Shown here: in pieces, positions 1-9,233 of the stretch
Position numbering within the stretch: position 1 is the stretch's first letter
Layout: every line of letters begins with the position of its first letter
DNA from: Solirubrobacteraceae bacterium
GTDB taxonomy: Bacteria > Actinomycetota > Thermoleophilia > Solirubrobacterales > Solirubrobacteraceae
Direction of reading: 5' to 3'
Length of the DNA stretch: 64,000 nucleotides
NCBI GenBank assembly: GCA_036494115.1
Contig: DASXOS010000084.1
Location: 11,232 to 75,231, forward strand
Made by a program: the position numbers and the translations under genes
Notes under the pieces: generated by a model
Seen by the model: the letters and a program-made list of their open reading frames with translations, nothing else
What the model was told of the DNA's origin: nothing
The model's database searches: none

Positions 1-227
1 TCGGGCGTTTCCGCGTTGGCCGCCCACACGAACGCCGACCACGCCCACCAGATGAGCGCCAGCACGAGCATCGACTCGCCGAACCGGGTCCAGCTCGGAT
101 CGCTCGAGAGCAGCGCGGCCACCTGCGTCACCGCGAACACGAACACCAGGTCCCACAGGAGCTCGATCGGGGTGCTCCGCCGCTCCTCGGCGAACCCGTC
201 CTCCGCGGCCGCAGGGCGATCGTTCAC
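1..227 (-). CDS. ltrA: Low temperature requirement protein A family membrane protein (5' part; runs off the window edge)
   Basis: Manual translation from GTG at 227: ...RRSTPIELLWDLVFVFAVTQVA...LIWWAWSAFVWAAN, matching the LtrA N-terminal ELxxDLVFVFA motif. Confidence 0.8.
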   Translation of the reverse strand, partial: MNDRPAAAEDGFAEERRSTPIELLWDLVFVFAVTQVAALLSSDPSWTRFGESMLVLALIWWAWSAFVWAANAETP

Positions 228-247
228 AGTCCGAAGTATCGCGGGCG

Positions 248-1159
248 TCAGAGCTCGGCCAGGGCGCGGTCGAGCTGCTTGCGCGCCTGCGTGAGCGTCT
301 GGCCGCCACGGGCGAAGTCCCGCCACGGGTCGCCGTCGCGCTCGACGCGTTCGAGCACGTTGGACGTCGTCCACCGCTGCGGGACGGTCGCATCGTCGGA
401 CAGCTCTTCGAGGTGCAGCGGCGCCGCCACCGGGGCGTGCGGCCGCGCGCGGACCGAGTACGGCGTCACCGAGGTGTGCCCGTAGCCGTTTCGCATGTAG
501 TCGATCAGGATCTTGTCCTCGCGCTTGGCCTTGCGCTGCTCGATGGTGAACAGCTCCGGGTCCCGGGAGGCGGCGAGCGTGGCGAAGTCACGCGAGAACG
601 TGCGCACCGCGTCGTACTCGGCCCGGCGCTGCAGCGAGACGACGATGTGGTAGCCGCGCGAGCCCGATGTCATCGCCCACGGCTTCAGCCCGAGCTCCGT
701 GAGCTGGTCGGCGATCAGGCGGGCCGCGTGGCGCATCTCATCGGGCCGCTCGATGCTCGGGTCGAGGTCGAACACCATCTTGTCCGGGCGGGTCGGGCGG
801 TCGGCGCGGCTCAGCCAGCTGTGGAACGTGATGCAGGCCTGGTTGGCGAGATACACGAGCGTCGCCGGCTCGGACGCGAGGACGTGCTTGACCGTGCCGC
901 CCTTCTTGGGCAGCTCGGCGGTCTTGATCCAGCCGGGGAAGTGGCTGCCGGCGTGCTGTTGGAAGATCCGGTTGCCCTCGATCCCGTCCGGATAGCGCTC
1001 GTAGTTGAGCGGTCGGTTCTCGACGTGGGGCAGCATGACGCCGGCGATCTCGGCGTAGTAGCCGGCGAGGTCCGCCTTGGTGACGGCAGGCGGGATGAGC
1101 TGCTTGTCCGGACGCGAGATCTCGACCGTGCGGCGACCGGCCTTGAGCTCGACTGCCAC
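248..1159 (-). CDS. ligD: Stand-alone LigD-type primase-polymerase (NHEJ polymerase domain)
   Basis: RYPDGI, FDLDP, TSGSRGYHI and DYMRNGYGHTSVTPYSVRARP motifs of the AEP/LigD-Pol family. Confidence 0.9.
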   Translation of the reverse strand: MAVELKAGRRTVEISRPDKQLIPPAVTKADLAGYYAEIAGVMLPHVENRPLNYERYPDGIEGNRIFQQHAGSHFPGWIKTAELPKKGGTVKHVLASEPATLVYLANQACITFHSWLSRADRPTRPDKMVFDLDPSIERPDEMRHAARLIADQLTELGLKPWAMTSGSRGYHIVVSLQRRAEYDAVRTFSRDFATLAASRDPELFTIEQRKAKREDKILIDYMRNGYGHTSVTPYSVRARPHAPVAAPLHLEELSDDATVPQRWTTSNVLERVERDGDPWRDFARGGQTLTQARKQLDRALAEL

Positions 1160-1172
1160 CGGTGCCGCCGCT

Positions 1173-1772
1173 TCAGCGGACCTGCTCGAGCTCGGCCTCG
1201 TCCGCCATGGTCTGCGGCAGCGAGTCGAGCAGGTCGAGCGCGCGCTGGTAGTCGTCGTAGCGGCGGAAGATCCGCAGCCACGACCAGCCGGGCCGCGTGC
1301 GGAGCTCCTTGGAGCGGTCGGGGTCTCCCGGGCGGGCGCTCGTCGCGCGCGTGTGGTGCTCGCGGTCCTTGCGGTCCTCGCAGGCCGCGGCGGCCGGTCG
1401 CTCCGCCATCAGCTTCTTGTGCTCGGTGATGGCCGTGGCGAGCTCCGGAGACGGGCCCTCCTCCTCGAGCAGGCTCGCCTCGAGGTGGGAGCTGAGCACA
1501 AGCAGCTCGCGCCGGGTGGCGCGGCGCGGTCGTGCCTTGCCGGTCTCGCGGAAGGCGAAAGCGTCCCAGGCCTTGGCGAATGAGATCAGGCTGGTCCGTC
1601 CGCCGCGGCGGTGCGCGGCGAGCATCGGGCAGATGCCGCCGTCCCTGCTGTAGGCGCCGACGATGATGTGCTCTGAGCGGATGCCGTCGAGCATCGCGCG
1701 CTTCGTGTGGGTCGGCAGGCAATCGATCGCGTGCCGGAGGTCGTGGATCGTCGCGTTGCGCCGTGTTGCCAT
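1173..1772 (-). CDS. Hypothetical protein, probably co-transcribed with the ligD-Pol gene
   Basis: ORF with globular N-terminal part (AIDCLP...GGICPMLAAHRRGGR); ATG at 1772; 13-bp gap to ligD-Pol. Confidence 0.7.
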   Translation of the reverse strand: MATRRNATIHDLRHAIDCLPTHTKRAMLDGIRSEHIIVGAYSRDGGICPMLAAHRRGGRTSLISFAKAWDAFAFRETGKARPRRATRRELLVLSSHLEASLLEEEGPSPELATAITEHKKLMAERPAAAACEDRKDREHHTRATSARPGDPDRSKELRTRPGWSWLRIFRRYDDYQRALDLLDSLPQTMADEAELEQVR

Positions 1773-1864
1773 AGGGTTCACCGCCTGCCGGGGACGGTCG
1801 GCCACTCTAACGACGGTCGTCGGGCCCCTCAACCGATCCCCTTGTCGCGAAAGGAACCTTGCAA

Positions 1865-2899
1865 ATGAAGCTCGCGGTGAACGTGGCCTACTGGGGCATG
1901 GGGATGGGCCCGGAGGAGCAGCTCGCGGTCGTCCAGGAGGCCGAGAAGCTCGGGTACGACTCGGTGTGGGCCGCCGAGGCTTACGGCTCGGATACCGCCA
2001 CCGTGCTCGCCTGGCTCGCCGCGGGCACGTCGAAGATCAAGCTCGGCTCGGCGATCTTCCAGATGCCAGCGCGCACCCCGGCGATGACCGCGATGACCGC
2101 GGCGACGATCGACCAGCTGTCAGGCGGGCGGATGATCCTCGGGCTGGGATCCTCGGGCCCCCAGGTCGCGGAGGGGTGGCACGGCCAGCGGTTCGCCAAA
2201 CAGCTCCAGCGCACCCGGGAGTACGTCGCCGTGCTGCGGATGGCCCTGGCCCGCGAGCGGGTGGAGTTTCACGGCGAGACGATCGAGCTGCCGCTGCCGG
2301 ATGGCCCCGGCAAGGCGCTCAAGCTGATGATCGCCCCCGTGCAGGAGAAGATCCCGATCTACCTGGCCGCGATCGGGCCGAAGAACACGGCGCTGGCCGG
2401 CGAGATCGCCGACGGGTGGATCCCCACCTTCTTCTCCCCGGAGTACGTGTCTGAATTTCGAAAGCTGCTCCAGGAGGGCGCGGATCGGGCGGGCCGCTCG
2501 CTCGACGCCTTCGACATCGCCCCCACCGTGCAGTCCTTCGTGTCCGACGACCGCGAGATGGCGCGCAACCTGATGCGCCCCGTGCTGGCGCTCTACATCG
2601 GCGGGATGGGGTCGCGCAAGCAGAACTTCTACAACAACCTCGTGCAGCGCTATGGGTTCGAGGACGCGGCCCAGGAGATCCAGGACCTGTACCTCGACGG
2701 CAAGAAGAATGAGGCCGGCGAGGCCATCCCCGACGAGCTGATCGACATGGTCTCGCTGTGTGGCCCGCGCGACGTCGTCCGCGACCGTCTGGCCGCGTTC
2801 CGTGACGCCGGTGTGGGGACGCTGATGATCACGCCGATGGCGTTCACCGCGGATGACCGGATCGCGCAGCTCCGCGCGATCGCCGAGCTCGCTGCCTGA
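1865..2899 (+). CDS. LLM-class F420-dependent oxidoreductase
   Basis: AEKLGYDSVWAAEAYGSD, LSGGRMILGLGSSGPQVAEGWHG and IYLAAIGPKN motifs. Confidence 0.9.
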   Translation: MKLAVNVAYWGMGMGPEEQLAVVQEAEKLGYDSVWAAEAYGSDTATVLAWLAAGTSKIKLGSAIFQMPARTPAMTAMTAATIDQLSGGRMILGLGSSGPQVAEGWHGQRFAKQLQRTREYVAVLRMALARERVEFHGETIELPLPDGPGKALKLMIAPVQEKIPIYLAAIGPKNTALAGEIADGWIPTFFSPEYVSEFRKLLQEGADRAGRSLDAFDIAPTVQSFVSDDREMARNLMRPVLALYIGGMGSRKQNFYNNLVQRYGFEDAAQEIQDLYLDGKKNEAGEAIPDELIDMVSLCGPRDVVRDRLAAFRDAGVGTLMITPMAFTADDRIAQLRAIAELAA

Positions 2900-2927
2900 G
2901 TCGGCTGAGTCGTCGGCCGCCGGCGCG

Positions 2928-4127
2928 GTGGCGGGGCGCCGGCTCCGGGTCTTCCTCGGGGCGTTCGGCGACGCCGGCCACGCGTTCCCCATGCTGGCCC
3001 TGGGCGCGCAGCTCGTCGCTCGCGGCCACGAGGTGACGTTCGAGACCTGGAAGCGGTGGCGCGAGGACGTCGAGGCCGAGGGGATGCGGTTCCTCCCCGC
3101 GCCCGAGTACCCGGTGTTCCCCACGCGCGAGAAGCCGCTGAAGCCCTACGAGGCGGTCGTGCTGGCCGCGGCCGAGACGCGCGCGTCGATCGCCGGCTTG
3201 CGCCCCGACGTCATCGTCCACGACATCCTCACCCTGGCGCCGGCATTGGCGGGCGAGTTGGAGGCGGTTCCGGTGGCCACGCTCGTCCCCCACTTCTATC
3301 CGGTGGGCGCTGCGGGCGCGCCGCCGTACGCGATGGGCGCCCGGCTCCCGCGCACCGCCGCCGGCCGAGCGGTGTGGCGGCGAATGGACCGACTCGTGGA
3401 GAAGGGACTGCGACAGGGTCGCGACGAGCTCAACGCCACGCGACTGAAGCTGGGGCTTGCGCCAACCGAGCGACTTCACGGCGGCCTGAGCACCCGGTTG
3501 GTGGTCGTGGGCACCTATCCCCAGCTCGAGTATCCGCGCCGCTGGCCGGAGTCCGTGCACGTGGTCGGTCCGCTGATGTGGGAGCCGCCCTACCACGACG
3601 AGCCGGCGCCCCCGGGAGACGCGCCGCTCGCGCTGGTGGCCCCGTCGACGGCGCAGGACCCGGCGCATGACCTGCTGCGCGCGGCGCTCCGGGGACTCGG
3701 CGACGAGCCGATCCGGCTGATGGCGGCGTCGAACCGAAAGCCGCTGCCCGAGCCGGTGCCGGTTCCGCCGAACGGGCGGCTCGTCGACTGGATCTCCTAC
3801 TCGCGCACGATGCCCCGCTGCTCGCTGGTGATCACCCACGCCGGACACGGCACGGTGGCACGGGCGTTGGCCAGCGGGTCCCCGGTGCTGGCGGTGCCGC
3901 ACAGCGGTGACATGGGCGAAAACGCCGCCCGGGTCGACTGGGCGGGGGTCGGCGCGCGGCTGCCGTGGCGCTTTTTGTCGCCGCGCACGCTGCGGCTGGC
4001 GGTCAGGCACGCGCTCGAGAACCCGTCGCTGGCGGAGCGGACGGCGAGCCTCGCGCGCTGGTCGGCGGCGAACAGCGGGCCGGTCCGCGCCGCCGAACTG
4101 GTCGAAGCGCTTGCCGCGGAGGGCTAA
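2928..4127 (+). CDS. GT-B fold UDP-glycosyltransferase (GT1/MGT-like); start approximate
   Basis: N-terminal GDAGHAFP and C-terminal ITHAGHGTVARALASGSPVLAVPHSGDMGENA (UDPGT signature). Confidence 0.85.
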   Translation: MAGRRLRVFLGAFGDAGHAFPMLALGAQLVARGHEVTFETWKRWREDVEAEGMRFLPAPEYPVFPTREKPLKPYEAVVLAAAETRASIAGLRPDVIVHDILTLAPALAGELEAVPVATLVPHFYPVGAAGAPPYAMGARLPRTAAGRAVWRRMDRLVEKGLRQGRDELNATRLKLGLAPTERLHGGLSTRLVVVGTYPQLEYPRRWPESVHVVGPLMWEPPYHDEPAPPGDAPLALVAPSTAQDPAHDLLRAALRGLGDEPIRLMAASNRKPLPEPVPVPPNGRLVDWISYSRTMPRCSLVITHAGHGTVARALASGSPVLAVPHSGDMGENAARVDWAGVGARLPWRFLSPRTLRLAVRHALENPSLAERTASLARWSAANSGPVRAAELVEALAAEG

Positions 4128-4330
4128 CTGATGTCGCTTGAGCGCCGCTCGCGGACGAACGCGACCAGCTCGGGCGCCGTGCCCTCGAGGCGATCGACGG
4201 GCTCTCCGTAACAGGTGCAGAGCTCGACGACGGCGCGGCCGGGCGAGAGCTCGAGCGTCCGCCAGGTGGCGCCGTGCTCCTCCCAGCGTTCGAGGTCGGC
4301 GACCGTGATCTGACGCGACCGGTCGGCCAC
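4124..4330 (-). CDS. Small hypothetical protein
   Basis: 68-aa ORF ([11 protein letters not shown]...[13 protein letters not shown]) filling the gap between neighbours. Confidence 0.6.
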   Translation of the reverse strand: MADRSRQITVADLERWEEHGATWRTLELSPGRAVVELCTCYGEPVDRLEGTAPELVAFVRERRSSDIS

Positions 4331-4336
4331 GCGCGC

Positions 4337-4666
4337 TCAGCCCCCGCTCGTGCCGGCGGCGCCGCTCGCGCCAGCCGCAGTTGCGGCTGGATTCGCCCGC
4401 GCCCACTCCACGACCTTGTGCGAGTCCGAGATCACCGTGCCGTCGTCGAGGACCAGCACTGGCACCAAGCTCTTCCCGGTCAGGCGCTTGACCTCCTTGC
4501 GCCCGGCAGTCTGGTTGAACAGGTCCGGCAGCATCCCGTAACCGTATGACCTGATCACCTCGGGCTCATGGCCGGCGTCCTTGAGCGCGTGATACGCGTT
4601 GCCACACGGATGGCCGCCCGGTCGTGGGGCCACCTTGAAGGTGCCGTAGCAAACGTAAAGCTTCAT
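4337..4666 (-). CDS. Glutaredoxin / GST N-terminal (thioredoxin-fold) protein
   Basis: GHPCGNA, then [22 protein letters not shown] typical of GST-N/glutaredoxin; GGAG SD upstream of ATG 4666. Confidence 0.75.
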   Translation of the reverse strand: MKLYVCYGTFKVAPRPGGHPCGNAYHALKDAGHEPEVIRSYGYGMLPDLFNQTAGRKEVKRLTGKSLVPVLVLDDGTVISDSHKVVEWARANPAATAAGASGAAGTSGG

Positions 4667-4681
4667 CTCTCCGACCTCCAG

Positions 4682-4754
4682 CTCCGGGGGTGGGACTCGA
4701 ACCCACAACCTAACGGTTAACAGCCGTTCGCTCTGCCGGTTGAGCTACCCCGGA
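4682..4754 (-). tRNA. tRNA-Asn (GTT), CCA not encoded
   Basis: Reverse complement TCCGGGG-TA-GCTCAACCGGCAGAGC-G-AACGG-CTGTTAA-CCGTT-AGGTT-GTGGG-TTCGAGT-CCCAC-CCCCGGA-G folds into a canonical cloverleaf. Confidence 0.97.
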
Positions 4755-4792
4755 TTATGGTGTAATGATGCACTGACTTCCCGACCAACGGC

Positions 4793-5515
4793 TCAGCCCG
4801 GCTCCAGTTGCCGCCGGAGAACTGTAGCGGGAATGTCTGTAATCCCCGCTTCGACTTCCGCGTGGCAATTGGAGCAGAGAAGGATGCATTTCTGCGCCTC
4901 CGCCCTCAGGGTTTGCAGCGACAGCGTCAACCCGCCACACGCGAGTCCGAGCCGCTTCTGCTCCGGGTCAAGATGATGAAACGCTAAGGCACCCAAGTAC
5001 CTGTCGTAGCCGCACACGCAACAACAACCGCCAGCCTCGGACGCGAGTGTCTCCTTGAGCCGGCGCCGGTGACGCGAGATGCCTTCAGCTCGACATGTCT
5101 TGCAGCGGTAGTAGCCGCGGCCTTCCAAGACGAACTCGGTTTCCCCGTGGCGGTGGCAGACGGAATTAATGACGTTCACCCCAGCCGCCTTCGCCTTGCG
5201 CTTCTCATCGGCGATCGAGGGTGGCCTGACGTTGCGGCTGCGCAGGCCGAAGCGCTTCATCCAATAGCGCACGGTGGTCTTGCTGAGACCTACCTGGCCG
5301 GCGATTTGGGCGATCGAGAGGCCCTCGTCGACCAGCGCGGTGAGCCGCTCGCGTTCGATGCCGCCCTTTGCGGCGTGCTTGGCCGGATCAGGGATCTCCA
5401 GGTCGTAGGCCCCGAGCCAGAAGATGACCACCGCCTCCTCGGTTCGCAGGCGCGCGGCGAGCTGCTCGAGGCTCAGCCGCTCGTCCAGTAACAGTTCCAG
5501 TCTCTCCCGTTCCAT
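4793..5515 (-). CDS. Tandem helix-turn-helix + Zn-finger + HNH-type endonuclease protein (240 aa)
   Basis: Two HTH-like repeats (LSLEQLAARL...; GLSIAQIAGQVGLSKTTVRYW), CHRHG...RCKTC, and CCVCG...AFHHLDP...LLCSNCHAEVE; GGGAGA SD before ATG 5515. Confidence 0.85.
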   Translation of the reverse strand: MERERLELLLDERLSLEQLAARLRTEEAVVIFWLGAYDLEIPDPAKHAAKGGIERERLTALVDEGLSIAQIAGQVGLSKTTVRYWMKRFGLRSRNVRPPSIADEKRKAKAAGVNVINSVCHRHGETEFVLEGRGYYRCKTCRAEGISRHRRRLKETLASEAGGCCCVCGYDRYLGALAFHHLDPEQKRLGLACGGLTLSLQTLRAEAQKCILLCSNCHAEVEAGITDIPATVLRRQLEPG

Positions 5516-5534
5516 CGTCCGATCTCCCGTTGAT

Positions 5535-5548
5535 CGAACATATGTTCG
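5535..5548. promoter_or_regulatory. LexA (SOS/Cheo) box upstream of the HTH-HNH gene
   Basis: Perfect palindrome CGAACATATGTTCG (GAAC-N4-GTTC), 20 bp upstream of ATG 5515 and overlapping a TATGTT -10-like hexamer. Confidence 0.85.
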
Positions 5549-5574
5549 CCGGCGGATCGGACGGAAAAGTCCTG

Positions 5575-7383
5575 CTAGCGGGTCCCTTCGAGGCGGGCCA
5601 CGACGCCGCGAATCGAGGCGAGCACGCCCTCGCGCTCGCGGGCGAGCTTGGTGATGCCGCCGGCGCCGGTGGCGCGGGCGCGGACGATCGCGCGGTCCAT
5701 CCGGCCGAGCTCGAGTACGAGCTTGGCGTGTGCGAGCCGGTCCTCCGCGACGTCGCCGGCACGGCCCGCCCGGGCCACGAGGTCGGCGATCACCCGGGCG
5801 AGCTCCTCGTCGTCGGGTGGGAGATCCGCCATCGGTGAGGCGGCGCGTCCCGTCAGATGCCGGGCCGCGCGACGGTAGAGCTCGCTGGTCAGAAGCTGGT
5901 CGGGGTCGATCTCGGCCAGCACGGCGTCGCCGGCTGCCGGCAGCGCCACACACAGGACGAGGAACCCCCGCTCGGCCCGCAGGCCATGTTCCAGTCCGGT
6001 GGCGGCCATCGCCGTCCCCGCCCCCGCGCCGCCGCCGTTGCCTGTCGACGCGGCCGTCCCGTTCGACGTCGAACCCGCCGCCGAGACGAGCGAGGCCACG
6101 TTCGCCTCCGAGAGCTCCAGGCGACCGGCCACGCGCCGGACCAGGTCGTCGCGCACGAGACCCGCGGGCAGCTCGGCCAGCACGGGCCGAAGCTCGCGCA
6201 GGGCGCGGTCACGGCCCTCGGCGCTGCGCAGATCGGCCCGATCGAGGATCCGCTCGACGTTGAACACGACGAACGGGGCGGAGCGGCCGACGAGCTCACG
6301 CAGCGCCTGCGCCCCGTCGCGCTCGATCAGGTCGGCGGGATCGGTGCCCTCGGGAAGCGGAACGACGCGGAGCTCGAGCGGAGGATCTCGGCCCTCGGCC
6401 AGCCGGGCCGCGCGGAGCATCGCCTCTTGCCCGGCGCGGTCCGCGTCGAGGCACAGCTCGAGCACGCGCACGACACGGGCCAGCTCCACCACCTGCTCCT
6501 CGGTGAGCGCGGTCCCCATGATCCCCACGGCGTTCTGCAGCCCCGCCTGGTGCAGCGCGAGCACGTCGGTGTAGCCCTCGACGAGGATCATCCGCCCCGC
6601 TCGCGCCCCGGCGGCCCGGGCCAGGTCGATGCCGAACAGCTGGCTGCGCTTGTGGTAGACGATCCCGTCGGAGGTGTTGAGGTACTTGGGCCGCTGGTTC
6701 TCGCGCATGGCTCGCGCGCCGAATCCACGCACCCGCCCGCGGGCGTCGACCGCCGGGAACATGATCCGCTCGCGGAAGCGGTCGTAGACCTGCCCCGGGC
6801 GGGTCTTCGAGCGCTGGACGAGGCCGGCGTCGACCAGCTCCTCCTCGCTGAAGCCCCCGCTGCGCGACGCGCGGAGCATGCGGTCCCAGGCGCTGGGCGC
6901 GTAACCGACTCGGAACTCGCGCAGCGTCTCCTCGCTCAGGCCGCGGCCCAGGAGGTACTCCCGCGCCGGCGCCGCCTCGGTCGACTCCCACAGGTAGCGC
7001 GCGTAGAAGGTGGCGGCCCGGCCGAGGAGCGTGTAGAGCCGTTCGCGGCGCTGGCGGCGCATCGCCGCGCCGGGGTCTTCGTCCTCGGTCTCGAGGGCCA
7101 CACCGAATCGGTCGGCGAGGGACTCGAGTGCGGACTTGAAATCGAGGCCCTCGGTCTCCATCACGAAGGTGAACGGATCGCCTGAGGACTGGCAGCCGAA
7201 GCAGTGGTAGTGCTTGGCGTCGGGCCGGACGTGGAAGGAACCGGTCCGCTCGTCGTGGAACGGGCACAGGCCGAAGTAGCTGTCGACGCCGGCCCGGCGC
7301 AGGTCGACGCGCGTCGAGACCAGCGCCAGCATGTCGACCGCGTCGTAGACGCGATCGCGCGAGTCCGCGGCATACCGGGTCAC
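5575..7383 (-). CDS. dnaG: DNA primase
   Basis: CPFHDERTGSF...HCFGC Zn finger, DRFRERIMFP, KYLNT, Toprim VEGYTDV...CLDADRAGQ. Confidence 0.97.
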   Translation of the reverse strand: MTRYAADSRDRVYDAVDMLALVSTRVDLRRAGVDSYFGLCPFHDERTGSFHVRPDAKHYHCFGCQSSGDPFTFVMETEGLDFKSALESLADRFGVALETEDEDPGAAMRRQRRERLYTLLGRAATFYARYLWESTEAAPAREYLLGRGLSEETLREFRVGYAPSAWDRMLRASRSGGFSEEELVDAGLVQRSKTRPGQVYDRFRERIMFPAVDARGRVRGFGARAMRENQRPKYLNTSDGIVYHKRSQLFGIDLARAAGARAGRMILVEGYTDVLALHQAGLQNAVGIMGTALTEEQVVELARVVRVLELCLDADRAGQEAMLRAARLAEGRDPPLELRVVPLPEGTDPADLIERDGAQALRELVGRSAPFVVFNVERILDRADLRSAEGRDRALRELRPVLAELPAGLVRDDLVRRVAGRLELSEANVASLVSAAGSTSNGTAASTGNGGGAGAGTAMAATGLEHGLRAERGFLVLCVALPAAGDAVLAEIDPDQLLTSELYRRAARHLTGRAASPMADLPPDDEELARVIADLVARAGRAGDVAEDRLAHAKLVLELGRMDRAIVRARATGAGGITKLAREREGVLASIRGVVARLEGTR

Positions 7384-8435
7384 GGGGCGAACGCCACCGG
7401 GATGCTGAGCGCCTCGAAGGCCGCGATGCAGAAGCGGTCGGTCATGCCGGCCAGATAGTCGGTGACCCGGCGGGCCAGATCGCCGTCCGGGATCGAGGCG
7501 GGAATCTCGTCCGGGTGGGCGCAGTAGTGGTCGAACAGCGAGCGGACGACGTGCTCGATCTTGGCTGCCTCGCGGGTCGCCTCCGGCCCCAGGTAGACGC
7601 GGTCGAACATGAACGAGCGCAGCTGGGACATGGCCTCCCCCACGCGTTCGCCCTGGACGATCGCGCCGGCGTGCTCGGAGTGCTCGACGAGGTCGTGCAC
7701 GAGCATGTCGATACGACGCGGACCGGTGTCGCCGAGGATCTCGATCGGCCCCGCTGGAAGGTCGCGCACCGACAGCACGCCGGCGCGGACCGCATCGTCG
7801 ATGTCGTGGTTGATGTAAGCGATCCGGTCCACGAGGCGGACGATCCGCCCCTCGAGCGTCGACGGCTCCTGCGCCCGGCCGGAGTGGCCGAGGATCCCGT
7901 CGCGCACCGGCAGCGCGAGGTTGAGCCCATGGCCGTCGCGCTCGAGCGTGTCGACCACCCGGAGCGAATGCTCGTGGTGGCGGAAGCGCAGCCCGAAGCG
8001 CTCCGATAGGCAGCGGTCGAGCGCGTCCTCGCCGATGTGGCCGAACGGCGGGTGGCCGAGGTCGTGGCCCAGCCCGATCGCCTCCACGAGGTCCTCGTTC
8101 AAGCGCAGGGCACGGGCCACGGTCCGGGAGACCTGGGTGACCTCGAGGGTGTGGGTGAGCCGGGTCCGGTAGTGGTCGCCGCTGGGCGCCACGAACACCT
8201 GCGTCTTGTACTTCAGCCGCCGGAACGCCTTGGAATGGACGATCCGGTCGCGATCGCGCTGAAACGGTGTGCGCAGTCCGCAGTCGGGCTCCGGCGAGCG
8301 CCGCTCGACGGGATACGAGCGTGTCGCCAGTGGCGAGAGCTCTCGCTCCTCACGCTCGCGGATGCGAGCCGCGAACGCCTCGGCCACGGGGCCCGAGGGA
8401 TGTTCGCGTGCGGAGGCGAGCAGCTGATCGGTCAC
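7380..8435 (-). CDS. dgt: dGTP triphosphohydrolase (HD domain)
   Basis: FQRDRDRIVHSKAFRRLKYKTQVF, RTRLTHTLEV, GHDLGHPPFGH, DYLAGMTD. Confidence 0.93.
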   Translation of the reverse strand: MTDQLLASAREHPSGPVAEAFAARIREREERELSPLATRSYPVERRSPEPDCGLRTPFQRDRDRIVHSKAFRRLKYKTQVFVAPSGDHYRTRLTHTLEVTQVSRTVARALRLNEDLVEAIGLGHDLGHPPFGHIGEDALDRCLSERFGLRFRHHEHSLRVVDTLERDGHGLNLALPVRDGILGHSGRAQEPSTLEGRIVRLVDRIAYINHDIDDAVRAGVLSVRDLPAGPIEILGDTGPRRIDMLVHDLVEHSEHAGAIVQGERVGEAMSQLRSFMFDRVYLGPEATREAAKIEHVVRSLFDHYCAHPDEIPASIPDGDLARRVTDYLAGMTDRFCIAAFEALSIPVAFAP

Positions 8436-8504
8436 ATTCCCGATTCTGACATTGGCCGCCGCCGGGGGCCGGATCCCGTTGCGAAGTTGTCGCAGAGTGC
8501 GGGG

Positions 8505-9233
8505 TCAGGCGGCGTGGCGCAACAGCGGGCGCAAGCGCACATGGCCATGATGCTCGGCCGTCTCGACGATCGCCCGCTCGGCCTGCCGCAGCGCCCGGTC
8601 GGACGCGTCGGGCGCCCGCGCCAGCGGCTCGCCGAGAGCCCCCACCAGGAAGCGGTAGCCCTCGGCGTCGAGCGGGAACGCCGCAGACTCGCACGAGCTG
8701 CAGACCACGCCGCCGGCCGCGGCCGAGAACCCCTGGAGATGCTCGGCCTCGCCGCAGGCGGCGCACGAGCCGAGCTGGGGGACGATCCCGGCAGCTAGGA
8801 GCAGCTTCATCCGGAAGGCCAGGCCGTTGGCCGCGCGGGCGTGCACCGGGTCCGAGCTGAGCAGCCCGAGCTCATTGGCGAGCAGATGGAACACCTCGGG
8901 GTGGGACTCCGAGGTCTCGAACAGGCGGGTCACGGCATCGCAGGCCCGAGCCGCCGCGTCGAGCGTCGCCGCGTGGTCACGCAGCGGGGCATGGGTGGCG
9001 ATCGTGTCCGCGCTGGTCACCGTGTAGAGGTCGCTGCGACCCTCGTGCAAGCCGATCTGCACGCGGAAGAACGGCTCGAGCCGGGCGCCGAACCGGCTGC
9101 GCGAGCGCCGCACCCCCTTCGCGATCGCGGCTAGCCGGCCGTCTCCAGGGGTATAGAGATGGAGGATCCGATCGGCCTCGCCATAACGGATCGAGCGGAG
9201 CACGATCGCTTCCGTTTTCAGAGGTCCGGACAT
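8505..9233 (-). CDS. recO: DNA repair protein RecO
   Basis: EAIVLRSIRYGEADRIL, AKGVRRSRSRFGARLEPF, CxxC...CxxC Zn motif. Confidence 0.95.
   Translation of the reverse strand: MSGPLKTEAIVLRSIRYGEADRILHLYTPGDGRLAAIAKGVRRSRSRFGARLEPFFRVQIGLHEGRSDLYTVTSADTIATHAPLRDHAATLDAAARACDAVTRLFETSESHPEVFHLLANELGLLSSDPVHARAANGLAFRMKLLLAAGIVPQLGSCAACGEAEHLQGFSAAAGGVVCSSCESAAFPLDAEGYRFLVGALGEPLARAPDASDRALRQAERAIVETAEHHGHVRLRPLLRHAA

Noticed and set aside
4600-4760. tRNA-Asn as attachment site of an integrated element
   Set aside because: I found no duplicated tRNA 3' fragment and no adjacent integrase
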